The translations under genes were made by a program, and so were the position numbers. Below the pieces are notes generated by a model. It saw only the letters and a program-made list of their open reading frames with translations. It was not told the origin of the DNA and searched no databases. From Vitrella brassicaformis CCMP3155 (Eukaryota; Protista; Chromerida), in the NCBI GenBank assembly GCA_001179505.1, contig CDMY01000418.1, positions 1 through 64,000 of the forward strand: a DNA stretch of 64,000 nucleotides, given 5' to 3'. Below are positions 37,098 through 50,800 of this stretch, one piece after another; the first letter of the stretch is position 1, and each line of letters starts with the position of its first letter.

Positions 37098-37529
37098 TCA
37101 GCAAGACAATGAGCACGAAAGACGACTTGAACCTGCGATAAGAGGTACCCGTTGCATTGTGTTGATCATCCTTCCAATGTGTGCGTACTGGTTGGCTTTG
37201 GTAGCCTCCTTGGACGGCACCTCAAACTTCGCCGATCTGCCCTGCTCAACGCCGATCTCCTCTCCCAACACATTGGTCTCCACGGCTGTCAACGTGTTCA
37301 GCATGAACCCTCGAAAGTCTGCCTGGCTGTTGCCTGCTGTCACCGTAACCTGCGGCGCAGTGGCAACCGGGCTGACCCAGCCTGATTCCGGCGCAGGAGG
37401 GATGGCAGAGAGCGTTGAACGCCATTGTCGAGGCCTCAATGGACCAGAGCCCTTGATGAATGTGGCTCGAGAGGTGGATCCAACCGAAAGGAGGAGAAGG
37501 AAGGCCAACAATAGCGAAAAGACCTTCAT
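37098..37529 (-). CDS. Hypothetical protein with a signal peptide and probable plastid transit peptide
   Basis: MKVFSLLLAFLLLLSVGSTSRA-TFIKGSGPLRPRQWRS: hydrophobic core, then an early Phe and a basic/hydroxylated stretch. The 3' structure is uncertain. Confidence 0.55.
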   Translation of the reverse strand: MKVFSLLLAFLLLLSVGSTSRATFIKGSGPLRPRQWRSTLSAIPPAPESGWVSPVATAPQVTVTAGNSQADFRGFMLNTLTAVETNVLGEEIGVEQGRSAKFEVPSKEATKANQYAHIGRMINTMQRVPLIAGSSRLSCSLSC

Positions 37530-37557
37530 TTTGCCGCGCCGTGTAACCCTTGACCGT

Positions 37558-37570
37558 GGGTTTAGGGTTT
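37558..37570. promoter_or_regulatory. Telomere-like TTTAGGG motif (telo-box candidate) in the divergent promoter
   Basis: gggtttagggttt lies ~30 nt upstream of the ATG at 37529 and ~260 nt upstream of the LHC ATG. Confidence 0.25.
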
Positions 37571-37827
37571 GGGGTTTGGTCGTCCCCTGGCTGTTGCGAG
37601 GTTGCCATGGACAGAGAAGATGTCCGGTACGCCGGAAGGCGCCGGGTAGAGAGAGGTTTGGAAGGCTTACCTCAGTTTACGACGATTGGACGGCGATGTC
37701 TGCTTTGGGTGGGATGGTTTGACGGGCTGCATCCCGGGTGATGAAAAGGAGTATGGATCACGAGTGCTGTGTGTAATCTGTTCATTGTCAAGCAGCGGCC
37801 GCCGGTAGTCTGCCGCCCTGGTGAGAA

Positions 37828-38809
37828 ATGGTAGGAGTCTGTGGGCTGGTTCTGGCTTTCTGCGTTGCCGTTTCGACAGCAGACGAAGCCGCGTTCGTCA
37901 GCAAGGCGCCTCTCGCAGGTGTGATGAAAAGGAGTATGGATCACGAGTGCTGTGTGTAATCTGTTCATTGTCTGACAGAGCTGCACCACACGCATGGATG
38001 CAGCCGTGCCTCGCCTCGAATGCAGGCTGAGATGTCACAGTCTTTGCCCTTCCTGCGTCGCCCCTCTGGCGACGCATTCAAACAGGGATGGGCAGGCGAT
38101 GTCGGTTTTGATCCGCTCTACTTCAGGTGAGGCTACATTCACACATTAAGTGTTGTGTGTACTCCTTGCTGGCCCCTTCAGTGAAGTGTTCGACCTGAGG
38201 ACGATGAAGGTGCTGCGCGAAAGCGAGATCAAACATGGCCGCGTCGCCATGCTGGCAGTAGTGGGCTTCATCCTCCAACAATTCATCCACTTCCCTGGTA
38301 TATATATATGACTCCATATCTCTCCCGTTGCGTGTGTACTCGGTCGTTGCCCTCTTCAGGCTTTCCTTCTGAACCTGATCAAGTGAAGGCCTTCTACAAA
38401 GTACCGCCTGCATCCATTGGGTTTCTCATCGCAGCATCGGGTATTGCTGAATGGTATCTTCATAAGGTAGCAATGAAAAGTGCAGAACCAAGAAGCATGC
38501 TGCTCAGCCTCTGTATGCGTGCAGGGCAACCTCGACACCAACACATGGTTCACAGGAGACGACGCAGATCGTGAGCCAGGCGCACTGGGTTTCGACCCCC
38601 TCAAGATGGCAAAGGGAGGCACGGGATCCGATGACCTCAAGCTGAAGGAAATCAAGAACGGAAGACTGGTGAGCCCGGGAAGCTTCCTTACCTACACCCA
38701 TTAACGTCTGTGGGTGCAGGCCATGTGCGCGATCGGTGGACTCATTCATCGTTCCTTCGTCACTGGCGAACCCCTCTTCCCAAACGTACGCAAACAGAAA
38801 GACAGATGA
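37828..38809 (+). CDS. Light-harvesting complex protein (Lhcr/FCP-like), 6 exons, bipartite plastid targeting
   Basis: Exons 37828-918, 37979-38126, 38182-297, 38360-466, 38525-668 and 38720-809 give [24 protein letters not shown]...[57 protein letters not shown]. Confidence 0.95.
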
Positions 38810-41800
38810 CAGGATGCATCGATAATGACTGCGTCGTGTATCCGGTTGTCTTAAGTTGCTGGGAACTCCGAGCGCTTGAATCGTTTCAGAAAAGGATGTA
38901 GTCGATGTACTACGATTTTTGTCAACCATATTCTGTAAGGACTCGATAGCTGGACACACGTCATCCACGTTACTTGACGTCAGCTAATGTGCTTACGTTC
39001 GTTTGACGGTTTACTCAGAAAACTAGATCGAACTTCACAGGACAGACCGCACGAAAAGTCTCGTCAAAAGAATAACTTCAGCCGTATACCAGACACATGT
39101 GTTCCTTACCAAGCTATGAACCGAAGATGCGCATGTCATCTCCCATGAGCCACCTTCACATGCAATCCGAACGTACTCGGTTGCACAGTATCGATCCCAG
39201 TCGCTGTGCAAATGGCAGCATGTGAGATGCATTCTCGCCAGATCCTGCACGCACTGTTGCCGTCCTCATGGGAAGGTTCATGGAGTAGAGGAGGACATGG
39301 AGAAGGTGCCGGAGAGTTTGCCCTGTCTCTTGAAGTCACTCAAGCGAAAGTGCCCCTCCACAGACGGACCAATCATATCTCACCTGCAAAAGCACATGAG
39401 AAGCGAGGACGTGTCAGAAGATGATGTGCTACTCTCCCCTTTTGCCTGGAACAGCGGAGGTGAACGCCCTTCTCTGGTGGCTGCGCTCAACCTCTCAACA
39501 TGTGTATGTGCGGGCAACTACCATATCTCTCCTCTGGAACTCTGGGTATCGGAGAGGATGGCGGCGAGCTTTGGCGGAGCTCGCGGCGAGTGACCGGCAG
39601 CAGCGCGAATCGGCATTGTGTCCTCCTCCTCCCCCTTGGTTTTGACTGTGTCGAATTGCGTGTTACGTATTGAGTCACACATGAGTCTTTGTCTGATGGA
39701 TGCAGACGAAAGCTTAACGTGTCTCTGCAGCGCACGGATGTGTGGTTGTGTGGGCTTCATCCTCACCTTATGAATGGCAACGAATGCCGATTACCTATCT
39801 GATTGATATCCTGCGAACGCAATACGATAAATCAATCAGTGCAAAGATGACCGTACGTGATTGCTCTATACGTCTGTGGCCTACGCAGATGCAGGCGCAC
39901 AAGGTTGAACGTGCGTTGACGATGCGAAATCAATGAGAAACCGAGCTACTCTCAGGATATCTTCCGGCGCATTTTGACGCGCGACTGAGCATGTATCCAC
40001 AAGTTTCTCGAGCCACAAATCGCCACACAAGACGACAACACGGTCACTGAAACACGTTGAACCACACAAACAGGTCTCATTCACTTTCAAACAAGACGCC
40101 CCCATAAAACGCCCCCGCATCGTGACAGCGCGCAGTCTCCCTTTGCAAAGCTCCACCGATACCAATGCCTGCCGTCCTACCCAAATGCACTCATCTTCCT
40201 ATGCATCATCGTTTGCCTGGAATACCAACACGTCTGTCTTTTAAGGCCCCCCGCCCGGGGGGGATTGCATCGCTCCTCTCGTCGAAGCCTTTGTAATTGC
40301 TGCCTCCCTATTCCCCAACACTCGCCGCATGCACTCAGCAAACAGAACGATAAACTTGGAATAAAGCGAGTTGCACCACACGTGAATTCTGCTGAAACCT
40401 CTGGCGTCTCCTCTTGTCCAGCCCTTCTAAAATACGTACTCAACCTCACTCAACCTCAAGGCGACCAAAAATCACTCTCGAAAAACTGTGTATATTTGTT
40501 GCCCGCCATTTCCCTATGCTCTCCGTCTGGCCGATCACCTTTCATTACTCGGGGGCCCCTCCCCCCTCGTAACAGTTCGTCGACACGCGTCCGCGTGGGG
40601 TTCCATCGATTCAGCAGCTTTGAAGGCATGCACGTGAATTTGAGGACACACTCCCCATTACTGCATCAGTATAATTCGAAACCCCGGCGGTAGGTGGGCC
40701 GGGGGATGCACACGACAGCCCAAGTCCTTTTCTTCCCCATGTCAGTGAGGCTCGGCGCCTCATGACGCCTAGCGGGGCGTGCCACGGGGGATCACCCTCG
40801 CCATCACGCGGGCCAACACAACCAAACGCTGCGGTAAGGGCCCAGCCAAAAGGTGGACCACCTCTGCCTTGCTTGCGTGACCATAGCATCTGTGGTCGCT
40901 GACTCGAAAGACCAACCCATCCCTCTGTCCTTGAGCTGACGAGTGCCCCACTCGCCCTCAGTCCTGACGTGCGGCTCAGAGCTGGCAGCCCCACGAAGCT
41001 GCCCATCCATAGATCCATCCAGGATCCCGTTCAGGTGTCCATCATGGCAGACGCCATCCATCCGTGCCTCAGTCCTCCCTCTCGACAGCCTCTGCTGCGG
41101 CCGGAGGCAGGAGGAGTAGAGGACGCCTCAGCTGCGGCATCACGAACGGAGATGCCCACCATAACTTCAGCCCTACACGCACGAGAGCTAGCAGCCACCA
41201 CACGCTTCAGTACTCGCCTTTGCCTCCTGCCTCACGTGCCATGGTCTGCTCTCTTCCCGTGGAGATCTGCCTGCCTTCCTATTACCGTGGATGAGGGAAG
41301 ATGGGTGGGATTGGCGCCCGTCCGATGGAGAGGATGAGGTGAAGGCCGACAGACTAAAGATCCAAGGAGGGGATGGATGTTGCCCTGTCCGACACGCCGC
41401 TTGCTGCTGGATGCGTAGGGATCTTCACAGGTTCAGATCACACGAGTCTTTGTCCATTCACGCCATGCCGACACAGAATCGCAAGGGAAAAAGGTCTCTT
41501 TTCGGCTCGTCTACCGATTACAACGTGTTATGTTTTCGGGACTTCCGTGGTTATGTGTCCCTTTTCCGTGACCCGACCAGTGAATACACGCCCCGCGAAA
41601 ACGAAAACCAGCCCGTCCTAGCCTGGAGACACGAGTAGCGAAAGAAACCGACGGGAGACATGCAGACAGACCGACAGACACCCACCAAGGAAAATGAGTG
41701 TGGCATCCTGTGCAAATGCCATTACCGACCGTCACCATCGTCACAGGTGAGGGAGGAGGTGTAGTAGAGAGGCAGAAGACCCAGGAAAGCCACCCTGGTG

Positions 41801-42165
41801 GGTGAGCAAGAGGGGGGAAGAGGGAGAGACAAGCACCCACACATGGCAGCAGGAAGTGACCACGGCCGCCAAAACAACAAGGAACGGGCCTCGGTAGACA
41901 GTATAGAAGGTGGACTAACACAAGGAAGGCCCTCGAGGGCTTTTGATCCACGAGACGCCTTGGCCCCCATTGCATGCATGCGTGGCCCCACGGGGAGTTC
42001 GAGACTTTCTCCCGTCAAACCACTGCAAAAGCTCGCGGCAGCAGCAGCGGTCGTCTGTTGCCCCTTCCTGTGACCTCTCAGCTCGTGCCGGGAGGAGGAG
42101 GGTGTGTGTAGTTGTTGGTCCGTAAGCAGCTCATCAACTGCGAGACCTTTAGTGGCGAGTGAGCA

Positions 42166-44640
42166 TCGTCATGTCAGGCGAGGCGACGGAGGAGGAAAGG
42201 GTGCCTCCCTCTGGGGGAGAGGGCACAGAAGAGCGACCTCAAGACCAGCAGGACACGGTGGGATGCACATACATGCTCGCTTGCACATGCCTTTGTGCAC
42301 CACGCGCTTTCCCAGAGAGAGAGAAGAGCCATGCATGGCAGCATGCGTGTATGTTGTTGGGCACGGGGCGGATGAGGAGATCATCCTTGTCGAGACATCG
42401 GACCGACTCCGTCCGCCTCATTGGTGTGTGCCTTGCTTGTGTGTCATGCAGGAAATGACAGAGCCTGGCGAGGCGACGGAGGAACCTCCCGTGGTAGAGG
42501 ACAGCAATGGTGACGCGACGGACACCGTACAAGAGGGATTGGGACTCGGTAGCGACGAGCCGATGCCCTCACACAACGGGGCACCCGAAGGTGCGCACAG
42601 CACGGGAGATACAGAGAGAGCGAGAGAGAGAGAGAGAGAGAGGCAGACACGCCTCGCTTTGTCTGTGGACGTGTCCATGCAGGACGCGGGCGGTGGACCA
42701 AAGAGCGCGTCAACATGATAGGGCAGGCCCTCACCGGCAGCACCGCCGCCATCAAGAAGAAGCACGCCGGTGTCGGCGGGGAAGGCCTGACGCTGTACCT
42801 GGTCCATCAGAGAGACCTCAGCGACCTCGTGTGTGTGGACGACGACGGCGAGAAGAACCTCGACAACAGAGAGAAGGACGGGTACATCTACATCGCCACC
42901 TTTGGTGGCGTCAGGGTGAGGCGACGAGGGGATGACGCCCCTTGCGAGCCGCTTCTGATTGATGTCTACGTCGAAATCGCCGGAGGTGAGGAGGCTCAGC
43001 CGAGGTCATGGAGCAAACGTCATGAGATGCTCTCATGTGGCTCCTCTGCGTGCCTGCAGGTCGCGTGAGGGAGTATCTGGAGAGCACGAGTTGACCAGCA
43101 TCGCTCGCTACTCCTTCGATGTGGACCCGATCCAGCGCGAGTGTCGGACGGACATGCTCACGCCAGGTGGGCGATCCGCATGCAACGGACACACACAATG
43201 TATGTGTTTTGTTCATGTCAGACATCCAGTGGCAGAATGCGCAGATCAAGCGCCTACAAGAGACCACCGGGGAGCATTTCAACAAGCAGAAACGCCTCAA
43301 AGCAGAGTTGGACGCCGTCATGCGACGCATCCGGGACTGCCCAGCGGGCTACAACATCAGCAAGGAGTTCCTCTACCGCAGTGGCATCATGGGGACTGGC
43401 TCAGGGCCATCCTCCGGTGGGCGTCGGGAGGGAGGAAGGGGGAAGGGCATGAGTGCATTCATGCCATGTTTGTGTGTGGGTGTTTGCAGCACCCACGACC
43501 GGCGAGACCACGCCGACCAACTACACCACAAGCGCATCGCCAAGTGCACCCACCACACACGGTGAGAGAGACGAATACGCACACTCGCTCGTTCATGTGA
43601 TGCATACACATCTTTGTGGGCTGGTGTGTGGGTGAGCAGGCCCGCACACGGTGCCCCCAGCGTTGAGTGGACCGCCCACGTCGTCCGTCCCGCCGGCGGG
43701 CCCCTACATGGCACCGCCCGCCACACAGATGCCGCCGCACATGACGACAGACAATGGTGAGAATATCACACACACACTCATCACACCACACATGTCCTGA
43801 CTTGGCCATGTGCTTGTTGCAGGTGCGTTGATGGGTGGCATGGGGACGCCGATGGTGCCGGGCACCGGTGCCGTCCCTCCGCACAACTTTAACCACAACC
43901 TCAACCTCAACGGCCCCACAGCTCACGCCAGCTTCGGCCCCCACAGCCACGCACACCACCCCAACTTCGCCACCCACAGCCACACGCCCCAGCATCCCAT
44001 ACCCAGCAGCGCACCCACACCTGGCCGCCCCCATCCTGGCCTGCAGCTGTGTCTGACCCGATCAACCTACGACTCGACGATGCCCGCCATTGGCATCGGC
44101 GTCGGGAGCACAGGCGTGAGTTTGGAGGTGGCGCCCGACTTGAGGAACGAGCTGATGAAGAACCCGGCCCACTTCGCGAGCCGCAACGAGGTGCCTGCCA
44201 CGCTGCACCACACCACCAGCGACGGGAGTGTGGTGGTGCAGAGGATGCCTGAGCGAGAGGGCATGGACGGCTCCCACGCTGCCCTCCAGCACTGGCGCAT
44301 CACCAGTGCGATCATCGACGGCGTCCTCGGCCTCCAGGGCGTCGAGAACAACCTCAAGTTGGAGATGGCACTGGCCCTGATTGCTGCGGAGGTCAAGGCC
44401 CAGCAGTCGGCCTCCGAGAGCGGGGTGGGGTTCCCCAAGGCACCTCCCAAGCGCACACGCCCGGAGACGCCACGCAACGGAGGCGATCGCAGCGGTACGA
44501 CAGACACGTCGGCCCATCAATCATCGCCCATAAGTGCACACATGTGTGTGTGTGTCATTCAGGCCAGTTCGGGCCGACGGGTGGCGGGCGAGGCGGGCGC
44601 GGCGGGGGAGGCTATGGGGGCCCAGCTGGCCCTCCGATGA
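42166..44640 (+). CDS. Hypothetical multi-exon gene (acidic N-terminus, coiled-coil, P/H-rich and globular C-terminus); possible frameshift near 43080
   Basis: Codon-biased segments bounded by GT/AG: MSGEATEEE, GRWTKERVNMIGQAL, DIQWQNAQIKRLQETT and ORF 43810-44640. No family recognised. Confidence 0.55.
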
Positions 44641-45931
44641 TGAGCAGCTACCAGCCCTCCGGCTACCCACCCTCCAGCATGCCGTGGGGCTAGACACCCC
44701 ACACTGACCGGTAGCTCTGAGTAGATAGAGGGGTGAGGGAGAGACTCACCCACTGATTGCATGCCGATGGAGCTGAGGCTCCTTATAGGCATGCACACTG
44801 ACTGGCAGATAGACACCAGGAAGGTGACGTAGGTAGGTGTGTCACTTGCAACGGTCAGAGAGAGAGAGACCCACTGCTGCGTGTGACAAGCACGTATTGA
44901 TGTGAGTAGGGGAGGGGGAGAGAGGGGTCGTTTGTGACCTCTGCCTGCACACCACAGGCGGTGTGTTACTGACTCACTAATGCAACCTGATTGTCGGCTG
45001 ACCCGACATTGCGTTGTATGCGAGCCGCATGCACCGGTGTCCATGTGGCGTGATTGGTCCATGCATTTGGAGTGCATGGGCATGTGTAGATCCCCCACAC
45101 GTCTGCGTGTGTGGATGCACGTGTTCATGCGTGCATTTGTGAGTAGAGGGGCAGGAGAGGGAAAGGGTCGGGCTGTGACGAGATGAGAGACTTGAGAGCG
45201 AGGAAACAGCAGACACCTGATTGTGCCGTGCTTGAGACATTGAATGCAATGACTCGATTCAACCGATTGAAACCATCACAATCGATCAGTCCCACACAGA
45301 TATACACAAACGTTGGCACACATCACACGTCATGATGCGCCTGGCTGCAAGCTGTGTGTCTCTGTAGGCTGTTGTCTCATGACACCCACTTTAGTACATT
45401 TCTCTTTCCTTGTTCGTGGAAGAATGACAGTACATGCATTAGTGGCTACCTGCATGAATTGCAGTGTTTCCGGCGATAGATGGAGAGCTGAGACATAGAC
45501 GTGGCAGCAAAAGTCGGTCGTGAGACGTCCCGGTTCGACGGTGTGTCAATGTATAGACAATGCATGCCCGTCCATTGCCCTTCTTGTTCTGACTGGCACT
45601 GGTTTGCGCCGGCAAGCGCTAAATACAAAGTGACTGGCTGAGGAGCCGTCTGAGAATTGTACGCGATGATTGGGATTTGTAAGTGAAGCGAGAGAGATAC
45701 TCTGCTTACTCGGTATGCCGACCGACCGAGACACATTCACCCTGTCCTATGCAGTCAGTTGATTGGTTGAATGATTGATTGACTGATTGATTAATTGATT
45801 GGTTCGTGTACGTACAAGCCCCGACTGTCGTCTCTGTGAATCCATGTGGTGCATCTGCCGACACTGTCTGGCTGTTTGTATGTGTTGCAGGGTGACTCAA
45901 TTCAGTGCATGGAATCAGTCGAATCTCCCTG

Positions 45932-46478
45932 TCAATGATGATGGATAATGCTTCGCTAGAAAAGGGAGGGAAGGCCCACCAGCGTCGCAGCGGCGGCAAG
46001 AGTACGAAACGACAGGAAATGACGTCGAGAATCAGAGTTAGAGTCTCGTTAAACGACTCCTGCCGCTCCGGAGCGACAGGCCTCGCGCTCCAGAGCGAGA
46101 GGCGAACGGCGCCGGAGCGGGACGAAAGGCTCCAGAGCGAGAGCTGGCGCTACGATTGGCCACTGGCTGGGCATTACGGCTTTTTCCGGTCATCCCGAAG
46201 GACGAAAGTGCCGATTCGTTGATGTTTTCGGTGCTTGTCGATTTTTCACTGATTCCAGCCATCCTCATCCCTTCGGCGACTCCTACCCACTGACTGTGAA
46301 GCTGCCTGCTTGATTGTTGAAGAAGGAAGTCAAACCAACCAAGCCCGAGACGTCAAGGCGTGCCAAGAAGCAGACGGAGAGCTGTGTTGCCGAGGTTGCT
46401 GGCCTCAGCAGTTGTCGTGAGTGAGTGAGTGTGTGTATTAGTCGTTTCAGAGCCTGCCGTCGTCAGCAGTGTGGTGCA
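45932..46478 (+). repeat. Left arm of a ~550-bp inverted repeat flanking the copia element
   Basis: Reverse complement of 54451-55005 with about a dozen differences counted by eye. Confidence 0.92.
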
Positions 46479-47818
46479 TGTCGACCGTGTGTATGTCGAT
46501 GTCAATGCCGTATGCGAACGTGAGTTGCATGCCGAGTGTCGGGATCAACGGTCAACGTTCGTGGCTGTACGTCGTAGATAACGGTGTAGAAAGCAGGAAT
46601 CGGTCCATCGAAGGTCAAACACGAAACTGCACCACCACTACACACAAACGAAACACCAGCCACACACAGCAAAGGTGAGTGAGGATGGAGAGGTGAGGTG
46701 AGTGGGCAAGGTGGTGGTGTATGTGACGTACCGGTGAAGGCGTGTAAGGTATGCCCAGTCAGTCACCCAACACGCTACTGAACCGAGAACCAAAACACCC
46801 TGAACCACCACACACACGCCCACACAGAGAGAGAGAGGTGAGTGGTGGTGAGTATGTCAGACGGTGTGTGTGCGAATGACATACCACATGAGGTAGGCGT
46901 AGCTCCCCGCAGGCAGTACCAAAACCAACCCTGTGTCACTGTACACATGGACCTGAAGTACCAAAGGCACACAGAAGTGGTATGCTGGATGGAACGCATC
47001 ACATGTGTTAGTGCGTACCACCAGTAGGCAGTCTGTGTGTCTCAGCCATCCCAAACACATCCACGACCATAGGTAACCACATCACAACCTGTACGCACCA
47101 TCAGAGGTCACACAAGCCAGAAGTGGGTATGGTCGTGACCAGTAAGTAGATGGGATGAAGATCCATACCGATGAGATGATCACGACGTCCGAACAAAGGC
47201 AGTCCAACCGCATGCCATCATGGACATACACCAAGAGCACTCTGCAGCCATGGCAACATAGGAGAGCGATGTATGTCCGTGTAGGAGTGAGCATGCGGTG
47301 TGCATATGTACCTGTGTCATAGTGCACGATGCCCTGGGCGATGGTGCGCTGTCCGTCATGGTCATGGGAAGGCTGCGAGCTACAAGCTCCGTGTAACCGG
47401 TAGCAAGTAGCTCGGCCCACTGCACTGAGCCATGGCCAACATCGCACCAATCGCCAACATAACGGAGCGTGGATACAATGGGACCAACCATGATGACATA
47501 TATGTATAGGCAGCTGCATGTCAGCGCGACACCCCCACCCCCATGTACCCACGCGAGCAAATGAGAGTGTGTCGGTCGAGTGCACATGAAAGTGAAAAAC
47601 ACTTGACCGTCACACCATCATGCATGGATATGAATGGTGTGCACCCATCACACATGTGACATCATACACACACATACCAATGCAATGCGATGAACCCAAC
47701 ACCCACCAGCCCTCCATGGATGACCGAGGGCAATACACATGCACTCACACACCATGAAAAGCCAACTGATTCACATCACTCACTCACTGCTCGGCTTCAC
47801 CGGCACCATCTTGAGCGT

Positions 47819-50800
47819 CTACAAGTGCTTCTCCAGTGTGGCGCGGTCCACCGGTTTCGTGAGGATGTCTGATGGGTTGTCAGCTCTAGAGATGTGGACC
47901 ACGATATGGGTTGTCTGCTCGACGAGCTGGCGGACGTGGTGGTAACGCACATCCACATGCCGCAGCAGGCGGCTGTCCTTTTTGTTGGACGACACGTAGC
48001 AAGCACCCATCCCATCGTTGTAGAGCGTCAGCGGCCGCGCCACCAACACGTTGATTGTCTCGAGGGTATGGGCGAGGGCGTCGCCGTGCTTGGCGCACTC
48101 AGAGACGCTCTTGAACTCTGTCTCCACTGTGGAGGTCGAGACCTTGGGCTGCGTCTTGGATTGTGCGCTGACGACTCCCATCATATAGACCCACAGCCAG
48201 CCTGACGTCGACCGTCGGTCCGCCAAGTCGGCGAACGATGCCTCGGCATACCCCACCAGCTGGGCGGGATCGCCGTTCTTGTCGAAGTGCAGCCCCAGAC
48301 TCTGTCGATGCTTCACATACCGCAACACACGCAACGCCGCATCATAGTCCGCCTGGTTCCATCGCGACATCCGTTTCGCCAGCTCCTTGGTCGGGTAGAG
48401 CAGGTCAGGGCGGGTGCCGGTGGCCAGGTAGAGGAGGGAACCGACAATCTGTCGGTAGGGCAGTTTGCGCTGCGGTGAGTGCTCCCACTCGTCGTCAGAG
48501 GGGAAAGGCTCGGTGCCGATGTGTGTGTTGGGGGCGATGGGTGTGGCGACGGATCGGCTGTCGGGAGGGAGGAACATGTCGACGATCTTGTGCGCGTAGC
48601 TGGTCTGATGGATGACGATACCGTCGTCCGTGTACTCGATCTGCAGCTCGACGAACTGACGCGCGATGCCCAATAGCTTCATCTTGAACTCAGTCGACAA
48701 CGTCTCCTTAATCCACTCCCTGCTCTCCGCCGGGCCCATCAGCAACGCATCATCAACGTACAGGTTGACATACAGGTCCTTGGTCTTGTTGTAGAAGAGC
48801 CCCCTGTCGATCACAGACTGGCTGAAGCCCACCCTCTTGAGGAAGGCGACCATGGTGTCGTTCCACAGTTTCGGGGCCTCAGGCAGACCGTACCATCCGC
48901 CTTTGATCTCGAGGATGTCCTCCCCCTTGATCTTGTCTGGATGGCGGGCGAGGATCTCGTCACACGGGTAGGCGAAGACGGGCTGCTGCTGCTCTGGCAT
49001 GGTGGTGTGAAGGAAGGCGCTCTCGACGTCGACCTGCTCGATGTCGTAGCGCTTCGCCAGTGCCGTGCTGATGAGCAGCTTTGCCGTGGCTGTGCGGCTG
49101 GTCGGCGCGTAGAGTGTCTCGTGTTCTCTCTCGTTCATGCTGCCGTTGATCACCAGCCGTGTCTTGGGCCGCCCGTCTGCCTTGACGACCCTGACCGCCA
49201 GCACGTGGAAGATCTGCGAGCCCACGGGGATCGTCTTCTTCTTGCGCCACACATAGGTCTTGTGCTGTTCCAGCTTGTCGACCTCCCCTGCGTCAGCGTC
49301 ACGCCAGATCTGTTGATCTTCAGGGCTCATCTTGCGGATGATGCGAGGCGTGACCTTCATGCCAGGCATCATCTTGACGGGGCCATCTGCCGACACACTC
49401 ACGTTGGCCTCGTGCGCCCGAAAGGCGTGCAGTTGCTGGTCCAGTGGTGTGCCGGTAGCTCCATCAGCTTCATCCGCAACGAGTGCCGCACACATCGCAG
49501 CAGCTGCAGGGTCGATGGGTGGCGGTGCGCTCGTCTCGACCTCAATGCAGGCAGCCAAGTAGGCCGCCTCCGCCTCCACCTCACTCGACCTCTCCTTGGC
49601 TTTGTTGGCCGCATTCCACTCCTTCCTGGCCTGCTCTCTGAGCTTGGTGTCGTTCCAGGCTGCCTTGTTGGTCGCCCGCCGGTAGCGGCGGATCTCCTTG
49701 ATGCGCGGCCGTTGGTACGCCGTGAGGTTGGGGTATGTCGCTGGCCACAAGATGTGACACGGATAGCCCCACGTGTTGAACGGCTTGCCCCGGTACTCGA
49801 CTGGCTGGTCGTCACCACCAGCATGGCTGACGTCGCTGCGGTTGAGAGGGACGTCACCGGGCTGCTCAGCAGGGGATGGAGATTGATGGGTGGACGGTGG
49901 GTGGGTGGGTGGTGGTGCTGCCGATGCTTGGGCCTCTACAGGTACGGCTACGGCTAACTCGGCGTCCTCGCCCTCAGGACGCGCCGGCTGAGTCACGGGC
50001 TCAGCGGCTGGCTGAGTCACGGGCTCAGCGGCTGGGCTCTCGCCCGCCTCCACAGCAATATTATCAACAACAGCACGGCTCTCGCTGGCCGGCTGCACCC
50101 CTCCTGACACATGCTCCCGCTGTACACCAGTGGCAGGGTGGCTCTCCTGCTGCCCAGAGCGACGCGTCGGATTCAGAGGGGGGATGGGGCGATGCCACTG
50201 ATATCCTTCCTCCTCAGACACATGTGCAGGAGGCCTCCTCAGCCTCTGAGGTCGCTCCTCGACCTCTAGCGGCACATGCTGCGATGGCTGCACTGGGGGC
50301 TGCTGCTCTAGTTGTCGCTGCTGCTGCTGGGTGGTGTCATCCTCCCCCCCAGCAGCACCCCCTTGGGCATCAGACGCCTCGCCCGCACCCGTCTTGAAGA
50401 ACGGCAGCCCCGGGAAGGGCGATGGGTTGAAAGGGAAGTCGAAGTGATCGAACTTGACGTCGATGCCTCGGTAGAGACGCGTGAAGTGTCCGCCCGGCAG
50501 CAGCGGCAACACTCCCACTATCGGTATCATGTCCTTGTTGTCGGTAGCCCAGCCCAGAAACACTCCCGGCTCTCCCCGTGGATGCACTCGGCTCGCCTGG
50601 TGCTCTCGTGGGATGAGGACGGTGGCCCTGCATCCGAATGGATGCAGCTGCTCGCGGCGTGCGTCACGGCCATGCTCCACCCATCCACGTGGTGTGTGTG
50701 TGAAGCCATTGCGCTTGACGAGGGACGTCATGTTGTGGATGTTGACGGCATACTGCCAGGCATGCTCGCCGCACCTTGTCGCATTCAGGCCGCTCGTGCA

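Noticed and set aside
46185-46225. Hammerhead-like stretch (atcc cgaa ggac gaaa) in the inverted-repeat arm
   Set aside because: The required CUGANGA core reads CCGGUCA, and I found no convincing stems I and III.
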